A stretch of DNA of 64,000 nt from assembly GCA_041648975.1 (NCBI GenBank), contig JBAZNZ010000004.1, forward strand, positions 1,779 to 65,778, written 5' to 3'. The stretch is from Candidatus Omnitrophota bacterium. Its GTDB lineage: Bacteria > Omnitrophota > Gorgyraeia > 2-01-FULL-45-10. Position numbers and translations under genes: made by a program. Under the pieces are notes generated by a model. It saw only the letters and a list, made by a program, of their open reading frames with translations. It was not told the origin of the DNA and made no database searches. This document shows, one piece after another, positions 25,781 through 35,929 of the stretch; the first letter of the stretch is position 1, and every line of letters begins with the position of its first letter.

Positions 25781-27652
25781 TCAGGGCTCTTCCGCATGGC
25801 GCGTGCTGATATGTCGCCCTATAGTGGTAAATTGCATCAATTTTTCCCAAACATCATGATATCTCATATATCTCTTCACATCCGGGTCTTCGACCCTGGC
25901 GTAAGAACCCATATATTCCCTGAATTCCTCTTCCAGCGCAGGAAGGTCTTTTCCAAGACAGCCAAGCAATATATTAAGATCATCGGCGCCGCTATCCCTG
26001 CCCTTCTTCTTCGCGTCCATGCGTTCGCTCATCTTGACCTGATAATCCATGAACTGCTCATGGTACCTGTTCATGAGAAAAGAGGTAAATGCCCAGCTCT
26101 CGCCGTAAGAGGCAAACGCCGCTTTGTTGACCAGGCCCACAAAACTACCTATCTTAAAATTGGTAAGGAACTCTATCGGGTTGAGCTCATTCTTCCTCAC
26201 CGCTTCCTGGTATGAGAAGAGCCATTCTTCGTCGACGGATCCGATCGGATCGGTCCCGCAGTAAGTCGCGATCCCCTCATTCAGCCAGGATTGGGCGCTC
26301 GATTCGTTTATAATATCCTCTCTCTTGATCTTCTCAAGGTCCTTCGATGTCTCCCTCCTGATCTTCATGATCTCTTCCAGGATCTCTTTCTTCTTCTTCC
26401 AGTCTTTCTCCGCCATCAGCTCTTTCTTCTTTTCCGCCAATTTCTTGTCGTCCATATCGGGTTTCATTATCACGATACTCTGCAGGCCGTAATTATGGAA
26501 TACCTCGTGGGTAAATTCATGGCGCAGGACATCAAGGGACCCGTAAAGAAGTTCGCTCTTATATATACTGTGCATCTCCCAGAATATGTCCGTAAATTCC
26601 TTCGCCTGGCCTTCGAGAAAGATGTGGTAACTCTTAACCACGTTATCTTTCACCTTGTCTATCACCTCTTTATTGAAGGCGCCGGTCTGGCCTTCCACTA
26701 TCTCAAGGACCCATTTCTCCATCCTATTGCCGAACCCGTTATACGTATAAAGCACTTTGTTCAGCGGACTAAAATAGCCTACTACAAGCCATCCGGGCAC
26801 ACCGTCCGTAATCGCATATGTCCAGTAATCTTCTATGTCATCGAACATGACCAGAAAATTCTGGCACCCGGCGGTCCTACCCTTAAATATCTTGAAGAAC
26901 TTGAAATAGATATCGGTATGAGCCTGCCTGACCGTCTTGACATAAAGGTCGATCGATTTTGCGTAAGAATCGGAGAATAGCACTATGTCCCCTTCTTTAT
27001 ACATCTTCATCTTGGGGAACTGCTCCTTCAGGCGTCTCTCTATATCGTCGGATTCTTTATTCAGGGCGGGAGCGAAGATAAGGTAGTCGATATCGGCGCG
27101 TTTTACGGTCATCTCGAGTCCGCCGCCGCCTTCATCAAAAGACATCGTCATCTCATCACCCGTTATATCCGTTATCTTTCCGTCGAGGACCACGCCGTTG
27201 GTCCTCTTCGCGACAATGTCGTTCTTATACGGCCACTGGGCCTCCTTCCGGCTCTTGCGCTCTTCCCGGACCACCTGTTTGGCGCTCACTGCAAATTTCT
27301 CGTTATCCCATTCCACAATATATTCATCGGCTTTCTTTTCCAGCAATCTGCCGTTTATCACCCCTCCGTGTTTGAGGTATAAAGTTATTCCGTCATCCTC
27401 ATCGTCTTTTTTCAAGACATCCGGAAGTTTTACGGACTTCGTCACTTTCCTGATAAACTTTTCCTGCTCTCTGTTCATTCCGGTAATAAGACCGCCTGCC
27501 CGGTCGCCGACGCCTTTAACAAAATCGACGACTCTTGCAACCCTGGTATTAAGCGCGAGATTTGTCCGCAACTCGGACCTGAAGTGCCTGTATCCGTCGA
27601 CTGCCGCCGCGATAAACCCTATCACAAAAAATAATATTATAAGCCTTTTCAT
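25781..27652 (-). CDS. Secreted hypothetical protein with an HEXXH zinc-metallopeptidase-like motif
   Basis: Signal peptide; HEFTHEVFHNY (HExxH) with a downstream NEGIATY that could supply a third ligand. No confident family assignment. Confidence 0.5.
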   Translation of the reverse strand: MKRLIILFFVIGFIAAAVDGYRHFRSELRTNLALNTRVARVVDFVKGVGDRAGGLITGMNREQEKFIRKVTKSVKLPDVLKKDDEDDGITLYLKHGGVINGRLLEKKADEYIVEWDNEKFAVSAKQVVREERKSRKEAQWPYKNDIVAKRTNGVVLDGKITDITGDEMTMSFDEGGGGLEMTVKRADIDYLIFAPALNKESDDIERRLKEQFPKMKMYKEGDIVLFSDSYAKSIDLYVKTVRQAHTDIYFKFFKIFKGRTAGCQNFLVMFDDIEDYWTYAITDGVPGWLVVGYFSPLNKVLYTYNGFGNRMEKWVLEIVEGQTGAFNKEVIDKVKDNVVKSYHIFLEGQAKEFTDIFWEMHSIYKSELLYGSLDVLRHEFTHEVFHNYGLQSIVIMKPDMDDKKLAEKKKELMAEKDWKKKKEILEEIMKIRRETSKDLEKIKREDIINESSAQSWLNEGIATYCGTDPIGSVDEEWLFSYQEAVRKNELNPIEFLTNFKIGSFVGLVNKAAFASYGESWAFTSFLMNRYHEQFMDYQVKMSERMDAKKKGRDSGADDLNILLGCLGKDLPALEEEFREYMGSYARVEDPDVKRYMRYHDVWEKLMQFTTIGRHISTRHAEEP

Positions 27653-27671
27653 GGAACTCCCGGAGGGATAA

Positions 27672-27719
27672 GCCCTTCATAAAAATAGGGCCACGCCCGT
27701 TAAAGACATGGCCCTATTT
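27672..27719 (-). terminator. Rho-independent terminator after rng
   Basis: AAATAGGGCCA-cgcccgttaaagaca-TGGCCCTATTT hairpin, 13 nt after the rng stop, followed on the minus strand by TTTTAT. Confidence 0.5.
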
Positions 27720-27731
27720 CGTTAAAACGGT

Positions 27732-29249
27732 TTATACTTTCCCTTCCTCAATTTTAATATCCTCTATGTGAAGATTGGGATCCTCGATAACGCGGATAGT
27801 CTTCCTGAAACGCCTTTCCAGCGGCCTTATCATGTTCTTTTCCGGGGCCGCGATATTATACGCCACTTCCGGATGAAGGGAGACGAAGACCTCTCTCTTG
27901 CGGGAATCCTGCAAAAATCTCTCAAGTTTCCGCAACAGCTCTATCGACACCGTCGATATAGACTTGACAATCCCCCTGCCGCTGCAGTACGGGCACCTCT
28001 GATAGCTCTTCGACTCTATACTCTTCCTGACACGCTGCCTGGTCATTTCAATAAGGCCGATGCTGGAGATGTTTAGTATCTTAGTCTTTGCTTTATCGCC
28101 CTCAAGGTGCTTTTCCAGAGTTTTGTATATAGTCTTCCTGTGCTGGGGGATCTCCATGTCGATGAAATCTATAATTATTATCCCGCCGAGGTCGCGCAAC
28201 TTCAACTGCCTGGGCACCTCCTCCGCCGCTTCGATATTAGTTTTGAACGCCGTGTCCTCGAGGTTGCGCTTTCCCACAAATTTTCCCGAGTTGACGTCGA
28301 TGGCGACTAGCGATTCCGTTTGATCGAATATGAGGTATCCGCCGCTTTTCAGCTGCACGATCCTGTTGTATATCTTTTCTATCTGGCGCTCGATGTCGTG
28401 CTTCTCGAAAAGAGGTATCCTGTCCGTATGAAGCCTCAGCCTTGGCCTGAGATGCGGGGCAAGGATCTTCAGGAATCTCGATATCCTCTTAAATTCATCT
28501 CTTGAGTCTATATCCAGTTTCGACACATCATTGGTGAAGATGTCCCTGGCCACTCTCAGTATAATATCGTATTCCTGGTGTATAAGGCACGGTGGTTTGG
28601 CCTTTCTCGCCCTGGACTTTATATTGTGCCACAGGTTGGTGAGATACCTCATCTCCCTGAAAAAATCCTTCTGGCTGGCGCCCTGGGCCGCGGTCCTGAC
28701 TATCACGCCCATATCCTTTGCTATCTTCAATTCCTCAAGTATCTTCCTTATCCTGTCCCGCTCTTCTCTCGATTCGATCCTCCTCGAAAGGCCTATATGG
28801 TTATCGAACGGCATGAGGACAAGGAACCTCCCCGGTATGCTGACATGAGTGGTAAGCCTGGGCCCCTTCGTGCCTATCGGTTCTTTCACTACCTGGACAA
28901 GCACATCATCGCCCTTCTTAAGCAGCTCGCCTATGGAAGGAAGCGGCTTTTTCGGCTCGCCCCTTTCATGGCTTTCCTCTATAGGCCCGCCATCAAGCAG
29001 TTTCTCGTAACCCAGGGGATCCGACACGACGTCGGTCACATACAAAAATCCGTTCTTCTCCAGCCCGATGTTTACAAATGCGGCGCCCATTCCGGGCAAC
29101 ACAGATTCGACCTTGCCTTTGTAAATGTTGCCGAACAGGCTTTTCGCGCTGTCCGGCCTTTCAATATAAAACTCTTCTATCCTCTTATTCTCCATGACAG
29201 CGACGCGTTTTTCGTGCTGCGTCACATTAATATATATCTCTTTTTGCAT
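27732..29249 (-). CDS. rng: Ribonuclease G/E family endoribonuclease
   Basis: S1 domain N-terminus (GNIYKGKVESVLPGMGAAFVNIG) and RNase E/G catalytic core. Confidence 0.9.
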   Translation of the reverse strand: MQKEIYINVTQHEKRVAVMENKRIEEFYIERPDSAKSLFGNIYKGKVESVLPGMGAAFVNIGLEKNGFLYVTDVVSDPLGYEKLLDGGPIEESHERGEPKKPLPSIGELLKKGDDVLVQVVKEPIGTKGPRLTTHVSIPGRFLVLMPFDNHIGLSRRIESREERDRIRKILEELKIAKDMGVIVRTAAQGASQKDFFREMRYLTNLWHNIKSRARKAKPPCLIHQEYDIILRVARDIFTNDVSKLDIDSRDEFKRISRFLKILAPHLRPRLRLHTDRIPLFEKHDIERQIEKIYNRIVQLKSGGYLIFDQTESLVAIDVNSGKFVGKRNLEDTAFKTNIEAAEEVPRQLKLRDLGGIIIIDFIDMEIPQHRKTIYKTLEKHLEGDKAKTKILNISSIGLIEMTRQRVRKSIESKSYQRCPYCSGRGIVKSISTVSIELLRKLERFLQDSRKREVFVSLHPEVAYNIAAPEKNMIRPLERRFRKTIRVIEDPNLHIEDIKIEEGKV

Positions 29250-29542
29250 TACACCGTCTCCTCTGCCTTTATAATCCTTACCCCCTCAGGCAATTGTTCA
29301 TTGATTTTCCCGATAAATTCCTGCGGCGACAATCTCTTATCCATATGGAAAACAGCCTCCTGATCCATGCCCTCTACGCCGAGCTTGAGGGCTCTGGTTA
29401 TACTTATCTTAAGGTGGGGACTGAACCCTTTTGTCACGCTTACCGGAAGCGCCGCTCTCCGGGACGCCCTTTGGAAAAGCCTCATGAGATCCAGATGCGA
29501 AATAAAACGCGCGTTGCCGGTCTTGGAAAACGTTACTTTCAT
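29249..29542 (-). CDS. DUF2344 / TIGR03936-like radical-SAM-associated protein (short, 97 aa)
   Basis: RFISHLDLMRLFQRASRRAALPVSVTKGFSPHLKIS matches the DUF2344 core. Stop overlaps the rng start (ATGA). Confidence 0.65.
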   Translation of the reverse strand: MKVTFSKTGNARFISHLDLMRLFQRASRRAALPVSVTKGFSPHLKISITRALKLGVEGMDQEAVFHMDKRLSPQEFIGKINEQLPEGVRIIKAEETV

Positions 29543-29543
29543 A

Positions 29544-31220
29544 TTACCAGAATTTTTTATTCGGCCTCTTCTTGGCGGTCACGTCTTTCTGCTGAGTGAT
29601 CGTATACATAGGCACATAAGCCTTGTTCACATCCGGCAGGTCCTTGATTACACGCCCCTTATTCATAAGATTGACCGTGATAAAGAAAATAAGTTCCGTC
29701 TTCTGTTTTGTTATCTCTTTCTTAGTAACCAGGAGTCCCAAGTACGGCACATCGCCGAATATGTCTCCCAGGAACGGAAGCTTCTTTCGCGTATCGATAA
29801 TGTTCTCCTTTATCAATCCGCCGATAAATATCGTGTCCCCGTCTTTTACCATGACCTGCGTCTTGGCCTGCCGCACCGAGAAGACAGGCGCGACTACTCC
29901 GCTTGACTTATCAAGCGTATCGTATCTCAACAGGTCGCTTATCTGCGGCGTCAGGTCTATTACTATCTCATCCTTGTCGTTGACATGAGGGACAACCTTA
30001 AGCATTATGCCAAGATCTTTCGGTTCATACCCCGTTATCTCCATCTTTCCGGTAGTTGAACTCCTCTCGTATTTAGGCATATTAAGCGTATTTCCGACAT
30101 TAATGAAGGCTTCGTTGTTGTTAAGGGTAGTAATCCTGGGATTCGATATGAGGTCGGTGTTGGACCTTGATTTTATCATCTCCAGGACAGCCGAAAATTG
30201 GCTGAAATCAAGAGTGCCGAACGTGAACTGGTCTGTTCCGGCATAAGGAAATCCGAAACTCCCTGATTTTCCCCCATTAGCAGGGAACTCGCTGGCCGTT
30301 TCCGAAGCTACGCCTCCGCCCGAGGTAGTGGTCGTTGTCGACGGGCTGGAGCTCAAGACCTGCGGGAAAAATATCATACTATCCTGCGCCGAGTTAAACG
30401 GCATCTTGAAATAGTCAAAGGGAAATGTTGTCGGCCTCTTGGCGCCGCTGACGGAGAGCTTGACGTTCCAGTCAATGCCCAGTTTTTCGCTGTCATCCAG
30501 CGCGGTCTCTATTATCCTGGCCTCTATGAGGATCTGGTCGGTCTGTTTGTCGAGCCTCTCAACGACCTGGCCGATCTTGTATATGTTAGTGGGGATATCG
30601 GTAACGAGGACTGTGTTGGTCCTTTCGTCGTATGTGACCTTGCCCCTTTCGCTGACTATATCCTTTATCGATGTGGCGACATCCTTTGACTTGCTGTAAT
30701 TGAGATTGAAGGCCTGTGTTGTCAGCTCTTCCGCCTTGAGCTTATCGACAGTCACCACCCTTATTATATCCCCCTCCCTTTCGTAGGCAAACCCGTAGTT
30801 CCTTAAGATGATATCGAGCGCTGTCTTCCATGGCTTATTCGTCAATTTCAGGTCTATGGTGCCTTTTACATCGGGCGCAGGCACGATATCCACTCCGGAG
30901 ACTTCCGATATGTACGCCAGTACCGTCTTGATATCGGCGCCCTTAAAGTTGACCGTCACGTTGCCGGGTTCGACTCTGGCTGCCGGAACATCGGGTTCTT
31001 TCGGCTCTTCCGGTTGAACCGCGGCTGCTGGGACCACAACCGGCGTCATCATCTCATTCTCCTGGGGCCTATATGCCTGATCCTGGCCGATGGGGACCGC
31101 CTCCTCTACCGGCGGCTCTTTATAATTCTTTTCCTGCGCGACCGACACCAACGAGGAATCAAACAATAGACATAAAGAAATAGTCAAGAAGCCGACCAGA
31201 CAGATCTTTTTATTATTCAC
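29544..31220 (-). CDS. pilQ: Type IV pilus secretin PilQ
   Basis: Signal peptide, N-domains, C-terminal secretin domain (…LPFLGDIFGDVPYLGLLV…). Confidence 0.85.
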   Translation of the reverse strand: MNNKKICLVGFLTISLCLLFDSSLVSVAQEKNYKEPPVEEAVPIGQDQAYRPQENEMMTPVVVPAAAVQPEEPKEPDVPAARVEPGNVTVNFKGADIKTVLAYISEVSGVDIVPAPDVKGTIDLKLTNKPWKTALDIILRNYGFAYEREGDIIRVVTVDKLKAEELTTQAFNLNYSKSKDVATSIKDIVSERGKVTYDERTNTVLVTDIPTNIYKIGQVVERLDKQTDQILIEARIIETALDDSEKLGIDWNVKLSVSGAKRPTTFPFDYFKMPFNSAQDSMIFFPQVLSSSPSTTTTTSGGGVASETASEFPANGGKSGSFGFPYAGTDQFTFGTLDFSQFSAVLEMIKSRSNTDLISNPRITTLNNNEAFINVGNTLNMPKYERSSTTGKMEITGYEPKDLGIMLKVVPHVNDKDEIVIDLTPQISDLLRYDTLDKSSGVVAPVFSVRQAKTQVMVKDGDTIFIGGLIKENIIDTRKKLPFLGDIFGDVPYLGLLVTKKEITKQKTELIFFITVNLMNKGRVIKDLPDVNKAYVPMYTITQQKDVTAKKRPNKKFW

Positions 31221-31593
31221 TCTTTACCCCTCCTTCTTCGGATAACTTCACCGTATGTTCGTTACCGTCTAAATGTAATATTATAGAGTTCGGGCCGATC
31301 TTCTTTATCACAAGCTCCCCCGTTTTCTCACTTTCCCTGATTATCTCTCCGTTCAATATGGCCAGTCTCTTTCCGTCGGCTCCCATAGCTATTCCTTCGA
31401 GGTTGATCTCATATATCGACGTCACGTCTTTAAGTTTCGTAGTGACGCTCTTCTCCTGGCCTACAAGCGGCACAAGAGGGTCACGTCTCCCGTGCGCATC
31501 GTACCTTATGGCCTCCATGCCATGAAGATACGTGGCCGCCACAAGCGCCGCGAGGGCTAAACCGCTGATCTTACAGGCTCTGAAAAAAAACAT
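31213..31593 (-). CDS. pilP: PilP-like pilus assembly protein
   Basis: Small signal-anchored protein between pilO and pilQ. Confidence 0.55.
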   Translation of the reverse strand: MFFFRACKISGLALAALVAATYLHGMEAIRYDAHGRRDPLVPLVGQEKSVTTKLKDVTSIYEINLEGIAMGADGKRLAILNGEIIRESEKTGELVIKKIGPNSIILHLDGNEHTVKLSEEGGVKSE

Positions 31594-31616
31594 TTAAATA
31601 TCCACCTCACGGGCGG

Positions 31617-32195
31617 TTAGCCGCCCTTCTTCATTTTATAAGTCATGACCACCAGCTCGATATCATGTTTTTTCGGGTTGGAGCTGTTCGACTTCACGGC
31701 TATATCGACTATCTTCATGAATCTTTCGCCACCCTCAAGGCGGGCAAGAAAATTCCCGAGCTCATGGTATCCCGACTTTGCGCTTATGTGGATAGGTATC
31801 TCCTGAAAAGGGGTGTCTTTCCGCGCTTTATCCTCTTTTACGATATTCGGAGTTATGGCGGTGATCTTTACATTGGAGCTCTTTGCGACCGCATTAAGGT
31901 TCTCAAGCAGACCGGATATCGGCTGTTCGGCAGGCAGCATCTTCTCGTAGAGATCCATCTTTTCTTGTATGGCCGCCAGGTCGTTCTTAAGTTTGTCTAT
32001 CCTGGCTATGTCTTCTTTGGCCTTGGCCAATTCAAAACGAGCCTCATTCATTTTGACGAAACTGCCGAAGACCCCCACTAACTGCGGTACAAGCAGGAAA
32101 TTCAAATAAAATATGAATGCGATAACGGATACCAGGACGATCAATATCATCGTTTGTTTCTGGTTCTTATCGAATGTAAAAGGCAATTTTATCAT
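31617..32195 (-). CDS. pilO: Type IV pilus assembly protein PilO
   Basis: N-terminal TM helix then coiled coil. Position between pilN and pilP. Confidence 0.7.
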   Translation of the reverse strand: MIKLPFTFDKNQKQTMILIVLVSVIAFIFYLNFLLVPQLVGVFGSFVKMNEARFELAKAKEDIARIDKLKNDLAAIQEKMDLYEKMLPAEQPISGLLENLNAVAKSSNVKITAITPNIVKEDKARKDTPFQEIPIHISAKSGYHELGNFLARLEGGERFMKIVDIAVKSNSSNPKKHDIELVVMTYKMKKGG

Positions 32196-32215
32196 ATTTT
32201 CCGGCGATCCGGTTT

Positions 32216-32896
32216 CTATTCTTTGCTGTTAAAGAGGCAAGCTATCTTAAAATTCATTACCTCCTGGTCATCGAACTTGCTGCTTTTCATCGACACAAGT
32301 TCAATCTGCTGAAAATCTGAATAAAAAGAGGCGTTATCCTTAAGGCTGCTCATGAACTTGCCTATAAGCGCCGTTCCCTGCCCTCCTAGACTCGACGCGT
32401 AACCCGTCAATACAAGATATTTGAGCACAGAGCTTTCCGGCGGCTTTGTGGTATCTTTTTTTACCTTTGCGCCCGCCGGTGGAGGAGCTTTTTCCTTTTG
32501 CCTCTCCTCGTAACCGAAATCGGACAACCAGATACCCGATGTCATTGAATCGCTCAATTCGTTCAGCTTCGCTGCCCAGCTGAACCGCCCGTCCACAAGC
32601 TCATCAATAGCCCTCACCTTTTGATCTTTCAGCTGGATAAGCGTCTTTAAAGACTCCGCATATCTCTTTTCAGGCATCACCGACTCCAACTTCATCGATA
32701 GCGAGGCAAGCGTCGACTTACTGTATACGCCGCCAAAGAATAGCGCTATATGCATTACTGCCAACACGGCAACGAAACCTATAGCTATGTTCATAACAGG
32801 AATATTCTTTAAAAAATTAAGGTCGGCCAGGCCGATCTTCTTATACGCCGGTTCTCTTTTCCTGTATTCCTGCGGCAATAGATTAATCTGTACCAT
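32216..32896 (-). CDS. pilN: Type IV pilus assembly protein PilN
   Basis: MVQINLLP N-terminal signature and TM helix. Confidence 0.75.
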   Translation of the reverse strand: MVQINLLPQEYRKREPAYKKIGLADLNFLKNIPVMNIAIGFVAVLAVMHIALFFGGVYSKSTLASLSMKLESVMPEKRYAESLKTLIQLKDQKVRAIDELVDGRFSWAAKLNELSDSMTSGIWLSDFGYEERQKEKAPPPAGAKVKKDTTKPPESSVLKYLVLTGYASSLGGQGTALIGKFMSSLKDNASFYSDFQQIELVSMKSSKFDDQEVMNFKIACLFNSKE

Positions 32897-33017
32897 AAGC
32901 CCTGTGGTTGTCCTCGGCCGATAGGCCGTTGTCTTACTCGGGGCAATACTTAAGCGGCTATTGCATTACCGCTCTGCAGTTAACGCCTTGTTCTGGCCGC
33001 GAATGTATATCTTCCGC

Positions 33018-34049
33018 TCATCTCAACGCCAATCCTGCGGCGACGCCGTAAGAACCTTTCGATCCTTCCAGGAGTTTCGCGTCTATTCCGGAGGCGCTTT
33101 TATCTAAAAATGCGAGCGGATCCCAGGCGAAAGGCCGGACGCCGAAATATTCCTGAAACAGGTCTTCCAATCCGGCCAGGCCCGAACTGCCGCCCGAAAT
33201 ATAGATCTCGTCGACGCCCCTGCCGTTCTGGTTCTCGTAATAATTGAACGACAACTTCACTTCGTCGAGAAGATTATTGACTACGGGTTTCACCGCATCT
33301 ACTATCGACTGCCGTTTGTCGTGAGGTGATTCCTTGATCTTATCGGATGCCGCATTGTCCACGCCCAGGACCTTTGATATAGCGGCGCTGAACTCATTGC
33401 CGCCTATTGCCAGGTCCCTGATAAAATATGCCGTGCCTTCCCGCACTATGGCCAGATTGGTGAACCTGGCGCCAATATTCAGGATCGCAAAACTCTTATC
33501 CGCGGCGGCATCCGCCTTGTTCCTGGAAAATGAGCCCGCCAGAGCCAGGCTGTCCACATCTACTGCCGCCACCGACAGGCCTGAAGCCTCCGCTGCCTTT
33601 ATCCTGTCTTCGATCATATCTCTTTTAGCGGCTACCAGTATTAAATCTGTCTTGCTCCCGGCCTTGTCCGTACGCAGGACCTGAAAATCCACAACACACT
33701 CGCTTATATTAAAAGGTACGACCTTTTCCGCTTCGAACCTTACCGCGCTCTTCAGCTCATCGTCTTTCATCTTCGGCATCGTCACGAATCTCGCTACGAC
33801 AAACGGACCCGAGACGGAGATATTGGCTTCTTTAGCCGAAAATTTCGATTCCTCGACCAACCGCGTAACCGTTTCTGCCATCTCTATGCGGGAAGCGCCT
33901 CTTACCTTCTTCATCCCTAAGGATATCAATGACGGCGAAATGCCGCCGGATACCTCGACCGCCTTGACGAACGAGCTGCCGATATCAAGCCCTACGATCT
34001 TTTTCGCGCTGGGGCCGTGTCCGGTCTTTCCGAAAGGAGTTTCCGCCAT
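33018..34049 (-). CDS. pilM: Type IV pilus assembly ATPase-fold protein PilM
   Basis: Actin-like fold (IVGLDIGSSFVKAVEV ... DIGARFTNLAIV). Confidence 0.9.
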   Translation of the reverse strand: MAETPFGKTGHGPSAKKIVGLDIGSSFVKAVEVSGGISPSLISLGMKKVRGASRIEMAETVTRLVEESKFSAKEANISVSGPFVVARFVTMPKMKDDELKSAVRFEAEKVVPFNISECVVDFQVLRTDKAGSKTDLILVAAKRDMIEDRIKAAEASGLSVAAVDVDSLALAGSFSRNKADAAADKSFAILNIGARFTNLAIVREGTAYFIRDLAIGGNEFSAAISKVLGVDNAASDKIKESPHDKRQSIVDAVKPVVNNLLDEVKLSFNYYENQNGRGVDEIYISGGSSGLAGLEDLFQEYFGVRPFAWDPLAFLDKSASGIDAKLLEGSKGSYGVAAGLALR

Positions 34050-34549
34050 TATCGTGCCGCTTTATCGTTTGGGCGCTTCGCGCCGGGCTTATAATTAAAC
34101 TCTATCGATACGAGCTTCTTCAACGACTCGGACATCGCCAGCAAATTTTTAGACTTCTTATCATACGGATTCACTTTAAGCGCCTCTTTGCAGCTTTCGA
34201 TCTTATTATCCAATCCATCCATAAATTTTTTCTTGTCTTCAGGGCTTACGTTGGCCCAAGTTTTTACCATATTTACACCGACGTCATCTTCCGGATAATC
34301 CTGATATAAGGTTTGCAGGTCGGGAGGAATCCCTTTCTTTTCCAATGTCCGGTCCGTCCCTGTTCCGGCTTTGTGCCCATAAGCAGGAATGGCTGCGCCT
34401 GGAACCGTCTCTTCCGGCACTATGGCGCGCGCCGGGGCCTTCGTCTCTTTAGCGGAAGTGAAACGAAGCGTCCTGATAAAAAACACAGCCAATGCTATTA
34501 ATATTATAAAGAGCGCTGTATTTATATACACAAGATTCCTGTCTTTCAT
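34049..34549 (-). CDS. Hypothetical membrane-anchored protein inside the pilus locus
   Basis: Single N-terminal TM helix, no recognisable domain. Translationally coupled to the pilM start. Confidence 0.4.
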   Translation of the reverse strand: MKDRNLVYINTALFIILIALAVFFIRTLRFTSAKETKAPARAIVPEETVPGAAIPAYGHKAGTGTDRTLEKKGIPPDLQTLYQDYPEDDVGVNMVKTWANVSPEDKKKFMDGLDNKIESCKEALKVNPYDKKSKNLLAMSESLKKLVSIEFNYKPGAKRPNDKAAR

Positions 34550-34561
34550 ATTATAAGGTCC

Positions 34562-35929
34562 TCAGTTCTGCTGCCATATCGGCTCGAATTCCGTAGCCTC
34601 GTTCTTAATCCTGAACAAAAGAGATATCCTGTTATAACCCGGGGGCAGTCCCAGGGGCCAGTTCGCCGGATCGGACCAATCGACGTCGCCTCTGTTAATG
34701 TCCCTGTTCAGAAGCCCGGGTATGGGTAATACGGTGTCTATGTCCACATCCCCTTTGGCAAAGATAGCGCCGTCTGTCCTGCCTCCAAATAATGCGTTGA
34801 AATCGCCGTTAGCGTATATGACAATATTGCCTCTAACGCCTCCGAACGCCCTTATGCCGCCGGTATTGACATCGCCATACGACACTATGGTCAGCGTATC
34901 GTCCAAGCCGTTCGTCGGCTGAACTACAGTGACATCCCCCGTAGCTATGATGGTGTGGCTCGAGTCGCCTCCCCACCATGCTGTATCGCTAAAAAGTATA
35001 TCCACACTACCGTCAACAAATATTACAGGCGTACCCACGGGAACACTCCATGGATCGAATGTCTGGGAGCCTGTGTAATAATTTTCTTCGCCGGGCGTTA
35101 TCCCAAGGTCAACCCCCAAAGAGTTATTAGCGGCATCGTCCAGATATGTTGTATAATAATATGTAAAAGCGTCTTTATCATTTATCACGCCGTCGCTGTT
35201 GACATCGTCCGCGCTGAATATCGTTTCCTGCCCCTCTGGGATATCCGCGACGGTTACGCTGCCGTCGCTGTTTATATCCGTTATGAGACTGCCGTCGTTA
35301 TTGGTATCGTATGTATCCCCAAGCCAGAATGAGGGCGCGGAAAAACTCTGGTTCTCCAATGTCTCTCCCGATACCTGCACAAAATTATTTGTCGTAACCG
35401 TCGAACCGCTCGCCAGGGGCCCCTCTGCCCTTACCCATGACCTGAATCCCAGCAATTTCGCACCGGATAAGGACATCGGCCCTATACAGCCAAGCGGATA
35501 ACCGCTGTTAAACGGCGAATCGAAACCATACCTCACTATGACCCTTGACTTACGGCCGTTAACGGTCCCCTCTGACACTATCCCGAATATATCAGTAGTA
35601 ACTACATCGGCACTGGCGGTAAATGTCCCTACGGTCTGGCCTCCCGCGTTTCTCGTCTTCACAACGCTGTCTGCCGACGGCACGGCCAGAGGCCAGATAA
35701 CAGTCTGGCCTTCTTTCGATTTCATCAGGGCATACATTATCTCAGCGCCTGATCTCGCGGCGTAACGCGCGGACATAAGATCATTAGCGATCTTCGTCTG
35801 CAGTATCTCGCCGGACCCCATGCTGACGACAACTCCCGCTATCAGGACGAGCATTACAAGAAACGCGACGACTATAACTATGACAAAACCTTTATTATGT
35901 TTCATATGATACTCTCTGTCAGCTCGCAA
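34562..35929 (-). CDS. PilX-like N-terminal-domain protein with dockerin/EF-hand-like Asp-rich repeats (candidate pilus tip or adhesin component)
   Basis: KGFVIVIVVAFLVMLVLIAGVVVSMGSGEILQT PilX-like N-terminus. Repeats DTNNDGSLITDINSDGSVTV and DDVNSDGVINDKD. Confidence 0.5.
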   Translation of the reverse strand: MRADREYHMKHNKGFVIVIVVAFLVMLVLIAGVVVSMGSGEILQTKIANDLMSARYAARSGAEIMYALMKSKEGQTVIWPLAVPSADSVVKTRNAGGQTVGTFTASADVVTTDIFGIVSEGTVNGRKSRVIVRYGFDSPFNSGYPLGCIGPMSLSGAKLLGFRSWVRAEGPLASGSTVTTNNFVQVSGETLENQSFSAPSFWLGDTYDTNNDGSLITDINSDGSVTVADIPEGQETIFSADDVNSDGVINDKDAFTYYYTTYLDDAANNSLGVDLGITPGEENYYTGSQTFDPWSVPVGTPVIFVDGSVDILFSDTAWWGGDSSHTIIATGDVTVVQPTNGLDDTLTIVSYGDVNTGGIRAFGGVRGNIVIYANGDFNALFGGRTDGAIFAKGDVDIDTVLPIPGLLNRDINRGDVDWSDPANWPLGLPPGYNRISLLFRIKNEATEFEPIWQQN

